This document shows, one piece after another, positions 30,502 through 41,416 of a stretch of 64,000 nucleotides of DNA (positions are counted from its first letter, which is position 1; every line of letters begins with the position of its first letter). The notes beneath the pieces were generated by a model, which was not told the DNA's origin, did no database searches, and saw only the letters and a program-made list of their open reading frames with translations. Source of the DNA: Bdellovibrionota bacterium (GTDB taxonomy: Bacteria; Bdellovibrionota_C; UBA2361; CAKMMH01); contig JBMNLI010000017.1 of the NCBI GenBank assembly GCA_050952645.1, forward strand, positions 1-64,000. Direction: 5' to 3'. Both the position numbers and the translations under genes were made by a program.

Positions 30502-31440
30502 CTATCCAATCAAGCGTGCATCATCATCTTCAAACGAACCTGAAGATTTAGAAAATACTATATAGGAAATTGCAAATACTAAAATTACCGACAACCAACC
30601 TAACCCTTGTGAAACTAAAAAATATCTTCTTTCCATAGTGCTTATAGCTACATTCGGAGCTTCGGCGATAGAAAAAATAAATAATTTCATCGCCATAACC
30701 CACCCAGAATGCAACCCTATGTTTATATATATAGAAGAAAATCTCTGCATAATTAAACAAAGAACAAAGCCAAGCAAAAAAAGACCAATAAATGCAAATA
30801 AAATATCTGGGAAAAACATCGTCTTTAAAACCTCTATATAATACTCGAAACCCACAGTAAGTGATAATTTTGAATATTTATATGCCTTAGCAGGGACTAT
30901 AAAATGGGCGCATGAATAGCATAGACTAGAAAAAAACATTGCCCAAAATATCCCTACTCTTCTTTTAAAAGAATTTAATAAAATAACTCTAAAGAAACCT
31001 TCCTCTAATATGGATATAATGATAGCAGTAAATATAACCTTTATTATTTTTGCAAGATAATAATTAAAATCTTTAAAGCCCCAAACAAACTTACCTTCTA
31101 AATCTAAAAAGAACATAAGAATTATAGAAACGAATAAACTTATACTAAAAGCTTTTAAGAAATCTTTTAAAGCCCCCTTTTTTGATCTAACACGAAATTT
31201 TTCAACTGCTTCTTTAATAGAAAAATCTTTCTTTAGAATTAAAAGAAATATAAAGATTACTACCATTAAAATTCTATCAAACACTCTTGAATATGGCCAA
31301 GTGATCTCTGGAAAAAGGTATTTTATTAACGAATATATACTAGGAGAAATTAATCCTGAAACGAATAATGATCCTAAAATTAAAACTAGTAGCGCTCTTA
31401 ACATATATTTTTTTTCTCCTAAAAAAATTTTATAAACCAT
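30502..31440 (-). CDS. CPBP (CAAX/Abi) family intramembrane metalloprotease
   Basis: EEGFFR, YSCAH and IGLHSGW motifs. Confidence 0.85.
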   Translation of the reverse strand: MVYKIFLGEKKYMLRALLVLILGSLFVSGLISPSIYSLIKYLFPEITWPYSRVFDRILMVVIFIFLLILKKDFSIKEAVEKFRVRSKKGALKDFLKAFSISLFVSIILMFFLDLEGKFVWGFKDFNYYLAKIIKVIFTAIIISILEEGFFRVILLNSFKRRVGIFWAMFFSSLCYSCAHFIVPAKAYKYSKLSLTVGFEYYIEVLKTMFFPDILFAFIGLFLLGFVLCLIMQRFSSIYINIGLHSGWVMAMKLFIFSIAEAPNVAISTMERRYFLVSQGLGWLSVILVFAISYIVFSKSSGSFEDDDARLIG

Positions 31441-31486
31441 TTAAAAATTCATATAGAAATTTCATATATAAATTTTATGAAAACAA

Positions 31487-31519
31487 TCACGAAAACGTTC
31501 ACGAAAACGTTCACGAAAA
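31487..31519. repeat. 12-bp tandem repeat (tcacgaaaacgt) x2.7 overlapping the HD gene stop codon
   Basis: Read directly from the sequence. Confidence 0.85.
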
Positions 31520-32059
31520 TAATGCGTGAAACTCATAAAAAATTTTTACTTTTTCTTTTCCAAATCTCGATAATCTTCTTATCACATCATCTATCTGCAA
31601 TTCTACTTGAAGCGTCTTAACGTTAGACTTACTATAAAAATTATCGACATAGGTTATAAGCTTTTCACTTAAATCCCTTGGTTCCATAGCAAAAGTTCCA
31701 ATCCCTAATTTAACTACCTCATCTTTGCTTAATCCTACTCCCGTATGATTTAAACAAATATATTTATATTTTTCAAACTTAGTTCCTTCTAATAACTTTG
31801 CTCCTATTATTCCGTGGCATAGATAAGGTCTATCACCATAACAATATATTTGTTTTGCATCGGTGCCTATAATTCCTATATCATGAAGCATCGCTCCTTC
31901 AAAAATAAACTTTTTATCTAAGTCTAATTTCTTTTTATCTATAATGCTTAATGCTTTTTTAGCAACACTAAAACTATGCTTTAATAAAATCTCTTTAGCT
32001 TCAGGATTGTCTTTGTAAATCTCATCAATAATCTTAGGATAACTATTAAAATTTATCAT
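31511..32059 (-). CDS. HD (HDIG) domain phosphohydrolase
   Basis: KHS...LHDIG...HG...HTGVG...YVD motifs. Confidence 0.85.
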   Translation of the reverse strand: MINFNSYPKIIDEIYKDNPEAKEILLKHSFSVAKKALSIIDKKKLDLDKKFIFEGAMLHDIGIIGTDAKQIYCYGDRPYLCHGIIGAKLLEGTKFEKYKYICLNHTGVGLSKDEVVKLGIGTFAMEPRDLSEKLITYVDNFYSKSNVKTLQVELQIDDVIRRLSRFGKEKVKIFYEFHALFS

Positions 32060-32072
32060 GTAAACTTATTAT

Positions 32073-33803
32073 TTATTTATTTTCACTTAAATTAACTGCT
32101 AATATATTTGCTTGAATTTCATCCATGCCAAGATAATTCGACAGCACTGGTTTAAAAGCTATATCCACCTTTCTTCCTTCCTTTAATAGTGGATGCGAAG
32201 TTTGCCTCCAAAGCATACCAGTTATCATTTTATTATATTCATCTAAAAAAACAACTTTCAAATGTGCATTTTTAAGAATATACAATTTACTAACTTCTAA
32301 ATCTTTACATAGCACCGTAGGAGATGGATTGCTAATGCCAAATGGGGAAAAAAGCTCAAGCTCATTTATTACATCTTTAGTAATTTCTCCTATTTTTACT
32401 TCGGTATCTGCATAAACCTTATAAGTCGTATCTATATACTTGAACTTTCTTTCGCAATATTGATTAAAAGCCACTGCAAAAACTTTTATATTTTCTCTTT
32501 TTATAGAAAATCCCCCCGCCATTTCATGCCCTCCAAATTTCTCTAAATACGAAGAAAGCGTTTCTAAACATTCTATAACACTAAAATTTTCAACGCCTCT
32601 AATAGAGCCTTTAAAAACTCCTGCTTTATCTAGACCTAAAACTATAGAGGGTTTGTAGTACATTTCCACTAATCTTTGAGCTACTATGCCTATAATCCCA
32701 GTATGAAAATCTGGATGGTAAACACAAATTCCACTTGGAATATAATCAAGATTCTCTATCTGTTTTATAGCTCCTTTTTTAACTTGTTCTTCTATCTTTT
32801 GACGCTCTGAATTTAATTTTTCTAATTTTTGAGCGATTTTTTTTGCTCTTTTTTCATCTTTAGTAGTTAAAAGCTCTGAAACTATCTCACCTGAAAGCAT
32901 TCTTCCAGCAGCATTTAACCTTGGTCCTATACTAAACGATACATCATAAGTAGATACTCTCTTTGTAATCCCGATAGAGTTTTTTAAAGCTACTAGCCCT
33001 ACCCTTTTAGTGTAATTTAAAAACTCTAATCCCTTTTTAGCTATAACTCTATTTGCACTAAACAGAGGCACCATATCACAAATAGTCCCAATGGAAGCTA
33101 GGTCTAAAAACTCTTTAGGGTCTAGGACATCTTTAAAACCTTTTTCTTCTAATTTATTCTTTAAAACTATAATGAAATACCAAACTAAACCTGCTGTGCA
33201 AAGCTCATACTTAGAAAATCCGCAGCCTTTTTGTTTAGGATTTACAAATACATCTGCCTTAGGGTCGTTATTTCCAACGTGATGATGATCTATTAGGACA
33301 ATTTTGAGCCCTAAATTCTTAGCATATAATATCTCTTTTTGATTAGTCGTTCCGTAATCTAAAGACAAAAGTAGCGAGGCTCCGTCTTTTTTCGCTTCAT
33401 CTATCATTCTATTGTTTAGTCCGTAGCCCTCATTAAATCTATCTGGAACATAAACTTTCGATTTCACATCTAGTGCATCTAAAAAACTTTTTATTTGCGC
33501 CGATGATGTTAACCCATCGACATCAAAATCTGAGCATATAGCTATAATCTCATTTGCAATTATTGCATCTTTAATAAGATTAGCAGCTTCATTTAAACCT
33601 ATCATATTTTTAGGATTAGGAAGTCCCGTTTTTAGTGTAGGGTTTAAAAAGTTATCTAGTTCTTCATTAGCTTCAAAACCTCTTGCTGCTAATACATTCG
33701 AGGTAATCGTTGATAGATTAAATTTTTCACTTATTTTTTTAGCTACATCTTCTTTCTGTTCTTTTAAAATTATTTTTCTTTTAGGAGCTGCAAGTAATAC
33801 CAT
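32073..33803 (-). CDS. recJ: Single-stranded-DNA exonuclease RecJ
   Basis: DFDVDG, EGYG, DHH, GTICDMVPL, PRLNAAGR and GGHEMAGG motifs. Confidence 0.95.
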   Translation of the reverse strand: MVLLAAPKRKIILKEQKEDVAKKISEKFNLSTITSNVLAARGFEANEELDNFLNPTLKTGLPNPKNMIGLNEAANLIKDAIIANEIIAICSDFDVDGLTSSAQIKSFLDALDVKSKVYVPDRFNEGYGLNNRMIDEAKKDGASLLLSLDYGTTNQKEILYAKNLGLKIVLIDHHHVGNNDPKADVFVNPKQKGCGFSKYELCTAGLVWYFIIVLKNKLEEKGFKDVLDPKEFLDLASIGTICDMVPLFSANRVIAKKGLEFLNYTKRVGLVALKNSIGITKRVSTYDVSFSIGPRLNAAGRMLSGEIVSELLTTKDEKRAKKIAQKLEKLNSERQKIEEQVKKGAIKQIENLDYIPSGICVYHPDFHTGIIGIVAQRLVEMYYKPSIVLGLDKAGVFKGSIRGVENFSVIECLETLSSYLEKFGGHEMAGGFSIKRENIKVFAVAFNQYCERKFKYIDTTYKVYADTEVKIGEITKDVINELELFSPFGISNPSPTVLCKDLEVSKLYILKNAHLKVVFLDEYNKMITGMLWRQTSHPLLKEGRKVDIAFKPVLSNYLGMDEIQANILAVNLSENK

Positions 33804-33940
33804 AAAATACCTATATTTTCATATAAAACTTTATCTTTAATAATAAAACAAATTCTTTGTTAAGTAAATTATGAAGCCTTAAGCTTTTAAGTAAATTTTA
33901 AGTAAATTTAAAGTAAATTAAAAGAAATTAAAAATAAATT

Positions 33941-35479
33941 TTAAGCAAAATAGCGAGCAACCATATTAGCAGATATTTTTCTTTCCTTTAATAGATTAAA
34001 AAGATACTGTTTAAATGAATAGTAATTTTTTATATCTTTAATATTTTCTTTAGTTAAAATCGAGGCATTTAACAATATTTCCCTAACCTTACTATCGATA
34101 GTAAGCGTTTCAAAAGTTAATATTTGCCCTTGCACTCCCGTGTTATTACACTTAACACAACCACTCGAAGAAAATACATCTATCCCTAACGCCTTGCTTG
34201 CTTCATCTTCCCTAGCTGTGCAACTTGCACACATCCTTGGAAGCAATTCTTGGTATGATAAAAACTTTAGGGCTTGTGCCATATCTATCGTGTTTACATT
34301 TAAAGATTTTAACCTTAAAAAAATCTCTACTATATCTCCTGCATGTATTGTAGATATTACTTTATGTCCACTAAATACGGCTTGCAAAAGATAATTAGCA
34401 CTAGTCTCATCTCTTACTTCACCTAACATTATAACATCTGGGTCTTGCCTTAAAACTGCTGGAAGTGCGTCCTTATAATCAAAGCCCTTGCTAGTATTTA
34501 GTGAGGTCTGCGATATGCCATCTATTACTAACTCAACAGGGTCTTCTATAGTTAAAACGTTTAGTCCTTTATTTTTTAAATAATTAAGCATCGCATAAAG
34601 CGTCGTAGTTTTTCCAGACCCAGTAGGCCCAGCGCAAAGCATAGCCCCCCCAACCGCATCTAAAAAATTTTTTATTTGATACATAACATCATCTATAATT
34701 CCAAGAGAGGAAATATCGCTTACAGATTGACACGAATGAAACCTTAGCACCGCTTTTTCCCCAAAAATAGTCGGCATCAAACTTACTCTAACTGAAATAT
34801 TTTTAAGCTCTGGAATTATAAAACTTCCATCTTGCGGAAAATCTTTCTTATCTAACTCTAACGAAGATAAAATTTTTATTCTTCTTATTAAAACTACGTG
34901 TTGATTCTTAGACAATTTAAAATCATTTAAATGTGCAAACTCTCTATTTACTCTAAGTTTAATAGATGTAGTCGAGGCAGTAGGAATTATATGTAAATCT
35001 GAAGCTCCAATAGAAATAGCATACTTTATAATATCTTCTAAAAACTTTCCCTCATCGTTAGTAGCATTTTCGAAAAAACTTTTTTTATTTTCTAGTTTTT
35101 CTTCTTCCTTGCTAGCTTCTTTTTCTAAATTCTGAACGCTTGCTCTTATTACAGTCTCGTCTGCATGGTATACTGAAAAAATAATATTTGAAAAATTACT
35201 ACTCTTAACTAGAATATCTTTAATATCATGGTCGGTTAAAAACTTTAACGCTTCTAATTCATCTTTTTTAAGCTTGCTATTAGTTGCAACCGTTAAAACC
35301 GTCTGATAATTATTTTTTAAGATAGTAAGTGGAAGAACATTAAAATTTTTTGCATCACTATATTTTATTAGAGCTCTCGCTTCTTTATCAGAATTCTTCT
35401 TCATCAAACTAAGAAGCTCTTCTTCTAAAACATTATCTAGTAATTCATTGTTGTTTTTTATGATTAATTCTTCAGGCAT
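33941..35479 (-). CDS. GspE/PilB family secretion or pilus assembly ATPase
   Basis: ASDLHI, PQDG, GPTGSGKTTT, TIEDPVE, LRQDPDVIMLGEVRD and CxxC...CxxC motifs. Confidence 0.9.
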   Translation of the reverse strand: MPEELIIKNNNELLDNVLEEELLSLMKKNSDKEARALIKYSDAKNFNVLPLTILKNNYQTVLTVATNSKLKKDELEALKFLTDHDIKDILVKSSNFSNIIFSVYHADETVIRASVQNLEKEASKEEEKLENKKSFFENATNDEGKFLEDIIKYAISIGASDLHIIPTASTTSIKLRVNREFAHLNDFKLSKNQHVVLIRRIKILSSLELDKKDFPQDGSFIIPELKNISVRVSLMPTIFGEKAVLRFHSCQSVSDISSLGIIDDVMYQIKNFLDAVGGAMLCAGPTGSGKTTTLYAMLNYLKNKGLNVLTIEDPVELVIDGISQTSLNTSKGFDYKDALPAVLRQDPDVIMLGEVRDETSANYLLQAVFSGHKVISTIHAGDIVEIFLRLKSLNVNTIDMAQALKFLSYQELLPRMCASCTAREDEASKALGIDVFSSSGCVKCNNTGVQGQILTFETLTIDSKVREILLNASILTKENIKDIKNYYSFKQYLFNLLKERKISANMVARYFA

Positions 35480-35614
35480 AAACCTTTAAGCTATTTTTAA
35501 AAGAAAAATATTATTTATTATTTATTACTAATAACGCCATAAAATGCGTTTGCAACTTATAAATAGCTTATCGAAGATTTTGTAAAAAATGCCAATTTTA
35601 AATTTTAAAAGAAC

Positions 35615-36457
35615 TTAAAATTCTCGAATTAAAGGATCGGTCCCATTTATAAATTCTCTATAATCTGAAATCCCATCATTATCAGTATCTAAAGCAAAAG
35701 GATTAGTCCCTAACAATCGCTCGAGTTCATCGTTTAAACCATCATTGTTAGTATCTTTTGCATTAGCAGAAGAGCTCAGAACCTCGTTTATTAAATCTTG
35801 AGATATCCTATCGTGTAATCTAGTTTTTGCCACATAAGGAAAAGATGCAGATGAATGTGGGTTCGTGTCTAACTCTAACTCTAATATATCTGAATATCCA
35901 TCATTATCAGAATCTACGAAATCTATATCATCATTTTCTTCATTAGAACCACTATCGTTATCTTTATCTATAAACGCTCTTCCTAGCCAATTAAGGTCTT
36001 TAGTTTCTTCTGAAAGAGTTTCTAACTCTGCTAACAAATCGTTCATATCTACATTAGCCTTTACATCTTCACTATCATCATTATCTTCTTTATTTAAATC
36101 TTCTTTATTTGAATCTTCTTTATTTGAATTTTTTCTAAAAGTGCTTTTTATTATGGCCTCAGTTTGAGCTTCATCTTCATCATTACCATCATTATTACTA
36201 TCATTAGTATTATTTTCATCATCATCAACTACAATGCCATCACTACTAGTCGCATCATCTATATCTTCCGTATCATCATTTACATCCTCATCTATATCGT
36301 CATCTATATCATCATCTATAGTCTCGGTAGGCTCAACGGTTTCGGTTGGGGTTGGCGTTGCTTGTTTAAGAATAACGTAATCTTCACGACAACCTTTAGC
36401 GGCGCTTAATGAAATATAACAAAACATTAAAAGAGAAATGGTAATAAATTTTTTCAT
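35615..36457 (-). CDS. Acidic putative lipoprotein with DxDxDG calcium-binding repeats
   Basis: Signal peptide ending AKGC; DSDNDGYSD, DTNNDGLND and DTDNDGISD motifs. Confidence 0.7.
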   Translation of the reverse strand: MKKFITISLLMFCYISLSAAKGCREDYVILKQATPTPTETVEPTETIDDDIDDDIDEDVNDDTEDIDDATSSDGIVVDDDENNTNDSNNDGNDEDEAQTEAIIKSTFRKNSNKEDSNKEDLNKEDNDDSEDVKANVDMNDLLAELETLSEETKDLNWLGRAFIDKDNDSGSNEENDDIDFVDSDNDGYSDILELELDTNPHSSASFPYVAKTRLHDRISQDLINEVLSSSANAKDTNNDGLNDELERLLGTNPFALDTDNDGISDYREFINGTDPLIREF

Positions 36458-36701
36458 ACAAAAACCTTTATATTTTATTTAAAAAAACTCTAATAAAAAG
36501 AACTTTGGCAATCTTTTATATATTTGATTACAATTTTTATATAAAGGATTTAAAAAAAATAAGATTTTTTATATTATTTATATAATTTTTTTGTAAATTA
36601 TTGGAAACTAAACAGATTTAATTATATCTAACATATATGGACACGAATAATTTAATAAGGAATTTAAAGAATAATTTAAAATAATTTAACGAATAATTTA
36701 T

Positions 36702-36929
36702 ATGAATAACTTAGAAGAAAAGAAAAAACAGTGGCAAGAGTGTGCTAGTAAAAAGTCTGCGATAGTCCCTATGTATTTCGAGGTCTTCCCTTATAAGGTA
36801 GATATCGTTTGCGGCAATTGTGAACATTTTTTTTCAAGAACGCTTATCCCTAATCTTGACGAACCTACTTTTGTGTGTCCTAATTGCAATATTAAAAATT
36901 GGGTTCCTGTAAGATACGATTTAAGATAA
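36702..36929 (+). CDS. Small zinc-ribbon protein
   Basis: CGNC...CPNC. Confidence 0.65.
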   Translation: MNNLEEKKKQWQECASKKSAIVPMYFEVFPYKVDIVCGNCEHFFSRTLIPNLDEPTFVCPNCNIKNWVPVRYDLR

Positions 36930-37055
36930 CCTGTTTATCTATTCTTCTCTTCTATTATTATATTATATTATTATATTTTATTTTATTATTTTACATTCTT
37001 TAAAAAATAGTAAAAACTTTAAAAAGATAATAAAAAAAGGTGCAAATATAAAAAA

Positions 37056-37655
37056 ATGAGTTTTGTTGATGGCTTTTACACATTTAATATAGACTTAGTA
37101 AATGTTGAAAACAACATTTATGATAAGCTATTTTTTAAATTAGCTAAGCACCCAAATGAATCTTTTGAAATGCTTCTAAATAAAGCTTTAGCCTATTGTC
37201 ATGCTTATAAAAAGGAGCTTACATTTTCAGAAGGATTTTATTCTCCCGAAGATCCAACGATTTGGGAAAAAGACGTTATAGGAAATATTATCTCTTGGAT
37301 ACAAGTCGGAGTTCCATCGTATAAAAAAACAAGTAGAGCAATAAAGCAAAACAAACAGGCTTCTTTTAAAATCTATTTTTGCTCGAACGAAGAGCCGAGA
37401 AATTTTTGCTACGACTTTCGCTCGGTAAAAACTAAAAGTTTTAATAAAATTAAATTTTTCTCAATAGATAGCAATTTTGTAGAAAATCTTGCCCTCCATA
37501 TATCTTCAAGAATAAATTGGCAAATTAGTTTTATCGATAATTTACTATATCTTCATCAAGATAAGCTCGAGTTTGAAAGTAAAATAGAAGAGGTAGATAT
37601 TTGGAAAATTTATCAAGAAACTATAAGCGAGGTTCAAAGTAAAGCGGTCTTATAA
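37056..37655 (+). CDS. yaeQ: YaeQ family protein
   Basis: LAKHPNES, AYCH, EDPTIW and WIQVGVP motifs. Confidence 0.8.
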   Translation: MSFVDGFYTFNIDLVNVENNIYDKLFFKLAKHPNESFEMLLNKALAYCHAYKKELTFSEGFYSPEDPTIWEKDVIGNIISWIQVGVPSYKKTSRAIKQNKQASFKIYFCSNEEPRNFCYDFRSVKTKSFNKIKFFSIDSNFVENLALHISSRINWQISFIDNLLYLHQDKLEFESKIEEVDIWKIYQETISEVQSKAVL

Positions 37656-37660
37656 AAAGA

Positions 37661-38356
37661 CTAACTTAAAAACTTAACTTTAAAAATCGAAAAAAACATT
37701 TTTATAGGGTCAGCAATAAGTCTTACTTTAGTGCCTAAAACATTATTCCAAACTATAGGAACCTCTTTAATAGCAAACCCATTTTTTTTAGCCTTATATA
37801 AAATTTCTATATCGAATGCAAAGCCATCTAGCGTTTGTTCTAAAAAAACTATATCGGCGGCCTTTTTGCTAAAAAGCTTAAAACCGCATTGCAAATCATT
37901 TATCTTAAGCCCAAGAATTTGATTTACTAAAAAATTAAACACTCGACCTCTTACTTTATAAAAAAGCGTAGTCTTGGTTTTAGAATCTTTCATTGCACGA
38001 GAGGCTATAACGACATCGTTTCCCTTATCTAACTCAGGAAGCATTTTTAAAATCTCTGAAAATGGGGTGGCTCCATCTGCATCGGCAAAAATTTTACGCT
38101 CACCTACAGCTTCTAACATTCCAGTTTTTACAGCGTAGCCCTTTCCTTTGTTTTCTAAAATATTTATTAATCTTATATTAGAGAAATCTTTATAAAAATC
38201 TTTTACTACATTAGCGGTATCATCTTTGCTACCATCATTTACAACGATTATTTCATAACTATAATCATTTTTCTTAAAGAAATTTTTTAAGTCTAGTAGC
38301 ATCGCTGGCAATCTTTCCGCTTCGTTATATGCTGGTATTATAATCGATAAAACCAT
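37661..38356 (-). CDS. GT2 glycosyltransferase (dolichyl-phosphate beta-glucosyltransferase-like)
   Basis: IIPAYNE, DGSKD, GKGYAV, FADAD, DLQCGFK and FAFDIE motifs. Confidence 0.9.
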   Translation of the reverse strand: MVLSIIIPAYNEAERLPAMLLDLKNFFKKNDYSYEIIVVNDGSKDDTANVVKDFYKDFSNIRLINILENKGKGYAVKTGMLEAVGERKIFADADGATPFSEILKMLPELDKGNDVVIASRAMKDSKTKTTLFYKVRGRVFNFLVNQILGLKINDLQCGFKLFSKKAADIVFLEQTLDGFAFDIEILYKAKKNGFAIKEVPIVWNNVLGTKVRLIADPIKMFFSIFKVKFLS

Positions 38357-38521
38357 AAATTAAATAATTCTTTAAAAAAACTACTAACAAGTATATTTTT
38401 AACATTTTTTTTTATTCTTTAATAGCTAAAACTTACTATTTAATACTTACTATTTAATGCCTACTCTCCTAACTTCCCTTTCTAGACATTTTTTTTTATA
38501 TAAGTTAAAATTTCAACCATT

Positions 38522-39565
38522 ATGTTTTTACTTACTCCACTTAACGATAAATTAAAAGAAAAAATTGCTACGCTAGAGGGTCTTGCTTTACTAACTTTGC
38601 AAAGTAGTAATTACCAAAAAATAAGCATAATAGAGAGCATCTTTTCCCTTTTAGATGATAACGCTAGTGATATTATTAAAATTAACTCAGAAGAGATTTC
38701 TCTAAAAAAACTAGAAGCCCTTAGCGTTAATCTTTTTGAGCTCTCCCTTTTTTCTCCTATTAGAGTTTTTATTATTAATGATATAGAAAAAATAAAAGCA
38801 GATTTGCAAAAAAAACTATTTGAAATTTTAGAAAACATCCCAAAGCACACTCTAGTTATTCTAACAGCGAAATCTTTAAATAAAACTAACATATTTTATA
38901 AGCACCACTTAAAAAACGAGACATTAGTCGATTCGACCTCTATTAAAGAAGCAGATATTAAAAACCAAATAAAAGAAGAGTTAAAGCAAATAAATTTAAC
39001 TAAATACCCAGTAGCTCTTATCGATGCTATATGTGAAGCTAGCAAAAACAATATAAATAATACTAATATAGTTAATACTAATATAGATAATATTAACATA
39101 GATAATATTAAAGAGATTATTGAATATCTTGCTATCTACGTAAAAGAAGGCACTATAACGCTAGCAGAGTTTGAAAAACTTTTTCCACGAGTGAGAAGCG
39201 TTAGCGATTTTAAAATTCTAGACCCAATATATAGCTCTAATTACCTAGAATATATGACACTTTTAAAGCAAATATTAAGAAATAAAAATGAGTTCTTGTT
39301 AATTTCTATTTTTTATAGAACTTTTTCTAAGCTTTTAGAAATAAAATATTTTCAAATGCAAAAACTAACTATAAAAGAGATCACTTCAAAAACAGGGATG
39401 CAAAATTGGCTAATTAAAAAAAACTTATTAGTAGTTTCTAAATATTCTACTCAAAAATTAAAAGATTGCATCAATCACATACTAAAAGCTGAGGCTAAAT
39501 TAAAAGATAGAAATTTAGGAACGACTAGCGTCTTTGAAGAATTATTTTTTAATTTAAGTGCATAA
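38522..39565 (+). CDS. holA: DNA polymerase III delta subunit
   Basis: LSLFSPIRVFII, C-terminal AEAKLK, size, and linkage to tmk-holB. Confidence 0.75.
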   Translation: MFLLTPLNDKLKEKIATLEGLALLTLQSSNYQKISIIESIFSLLDDNASDIIKINSEEISLKKLEALSVNLFELSLFSPIRVFIINDIEKIKADLQKKLFEILENIPKHTLVILTAKSLNKTNIFYKHHLKNETLVDSTSIKEADIKNQIKEELKQINLTKYPVALIDAICEASKNNINNTNIVNTNIDNINIDNIKEIIEYLAIYVKEGTITLAEFEKLFPRVRSVSDFKILDPIYSSNYLEYMTLLKQILRNKNEFLLISIFYRTFSKLLEIKYFQMQKLTIKEITSKTGMQNWLIKKNLLVVSKYSTQKLKDCINHILKAEAKLKDRNLGTTSVFEELFFNLSA

Positions 39566-39637
39566 GAATATTTCAGTGAAGAATATTTAAGTGAAAAAAT
39601 ATATGTAAAATATAAATTAAATATAAAGGAAATATTT

Positions 39638-40291
39638 ATGATTTTTGATAAAAATAATTTACCTAAAAAATTAAATAAGTTTATCGTAATCGAAGGGATA
39701 AACGGCAGTGGCAAAACTACGCTCTTAAATAATTTAAAAAAATTTTTTACTAAAAATAATCTAGATTTTTCATTCGGGAAAGAGCCTGGGGGGACTCAAA
39801 TAGGAGATAAACTTAGAGATGTAGTGCTTTCAGCTAGCGACTTAGAAAATGAAACCGAGTTTTTTATAATGTCTGCAAGTCGCACTGAGTATATAAAAAA
39901 AGTTATTTTACCTACGATAAATAGTGGAAAGTTTTTTATATCCGATAGATATTATTATTCATCTCTAGCATTTCAATCTTATGCTGGAGGGTTGGATTTT
40001 AGTTTTGTCCATGCTATATCTAAAATTATCGTAAATGACTGCATCCCAGATATAACATTTATTTTAGATGTCGATTTAGAAACCGCATTTAAAAGGATTG
40101 CTTTACGAAACCAAACAGAGCTAGATGCATTTGAGAGCAAAAAACTTGAATACCATACTAAAGTTAGAAATGGCTACTTAGATATTACTAAAAAACTAGG
40201 AGAAAGATTTTATATAATCGATGCTTCAAAAGATGAGGACTATATCGCTAACGCGGCAGCTAACGTATTAAAAGAAATATATAAAATATGA
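39638..40291 (+). CDS. tmk: Thymidylate kinase
   Basis: IEGINGSGKTT, EPGG, SDRYYYSS and PD motifs. Confidence 0.95.
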   Translation: MIFDKNNLPKKLNKFIVIEGINGSGKTTLLNNLKKFFTKNNLDFSFGKEPGGTQIGDKLRDVVLSASDLENETEFFIMSASRTEYIKKVILPTINSGKFFISDRYYYSSLAFQSYAGGLDFSFVHAISKIIVNDCIPDITFILDVDLETAFKRIALRNQTELDAFESKKLEYHTKVRNGYLDITKKLGERFYIIDASKDEDYIANAAANVLKEIYKI

Positions 40292-41256
40292 AGATTATAG
40301 GACACGAAAAACAAAGAGAGCTACTTTCAAAATTAGTGCAAACAAGAGAAGTTCCCCACGCCATGCTATTTAATGGAGATGCGGGAATAGGAAAAAAACT
40401 TGTAGCACTAGAGTTTGCTAGGACTTTTTATTGTGAAGATTACAGCAAAGAACAAGTTACCTTTAAACTTGGGGGTTGCAATGAGTGCAAATCGTGCAGA
40501 TTATTTAATGATTTTGCTATTCCTGATTTTTACTTTGTTGAATGTGGCGATAAGGAGCAAGTAAAAACTGAAAATATAAGAGAGCTATTATATAATCTTA
40601 ATTTAAAAAATTTCTCTTCAAAGTATAAGTTTATTATCTTTAATGATGCACATTTAATAAGAGAACAAAGCGCTAATATATTATTAAAAACCTTAGAAGA
40701 ACCTAAAAGTGATACTTACTTTATTTTAATAACATCAAACTTTTCTAAACTTCCTATAACTATTACATCGAGATGTCATATGTGGCACTTTAGCACGCTT
40801 ACTAACGATGAAATATTAGAAATTTTAAAAGAAAAAAACTTATCCTTAAAATCTAAAAACGATATTGAACTTTTAGAAGGAAGCCTTATAAACCTTGAGC
40901 TAATATTAAATAATGAAAATAAAACTAGAGAGTTTGAAGAAAAAATAAATTTAATTTTAAAGGGCGATATTTACGTATTAAATTTGTTTGCTAGTGAACT
41001 TGCGAAAAATAAAAATAAAGATGAGTTAAAGTACGACATTCACATCTTAAGAAATATTATAAGAAAAAAGATGACTAACGAAACCGATTTAAAGTTAAAA
41101 AGCATCTTTGCTATAACTCTTGAAGCGTTAATATCGTGTGAATATTTAATATTCGATAGATATCTTAATGCCGAAAGCACTCTTTGCAATATCTTTTTTA
41201 ACTTACTGCCTACTAATAAGCTAAACAAAAGCTATTCTTTACCCCTACTATATTAA
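40288..41256 (+). CDS. holB: DNA polymerase III delta-prime subunit
   Basis: HAMLF..GIGK, CNECKSC, NILLKTLEEP and TITSRC motifs; follows tmk. Confidence 0.9.
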   Translation: MKIIGHEKQRELLSKLVQTREVPHAMLFNGDAGIGKKLVALEFARTFYCEDYSKEQVTFKLGGCNECKSCRLFNDFAIPDFYFVECGDKEQVKTENIRELLYNLNLKNFSSKYKFIIFNDAHLIREQSANILLKTLEEPKSDTYFILITSNFSKLPITITSRCHMWHFSTLTNDEILEILKEKNLSLKSKNDIELLEGSLINLELILNNENKTREFEEKINLILKGDIYVLNLFASELAKNKNKDELKYDIHILRNIIRKKMTNETDLKLKSIFAITLEALISCEYLIFDRYLNAESTLCNIFFNLLPTNKLNKSYSLPLLY

Positions 41257-41416
41257 ATTCTAGCTAATATACGCTTTTATAAAACGCTGTTTTTTACTAA
41301 ATTATTTAAATTTTTATCTAATTAAATTAGTTTAACTATCCGATAATTTTAATTATAAGTGCTATACTTTATATATGTTATAATAATTATAAATAGAATT
41401 ATAAATAGTAAGATAA

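Noticed and set aside
30502..31440. CPBP/'Abi' protein as a phage defence system
   Set aside because: The Abi label of this family is historical; the context (recJ, HD protein) is housekeeping.
41320..41350. Sigma28 (FliA) promoters suggested by CCGATA/TCGATA boxes here and near 23107, 35570 and 60121
   Set aside because: No properly spaced TAAA -35 element, and (a)tcgat is common throughout this sequence.
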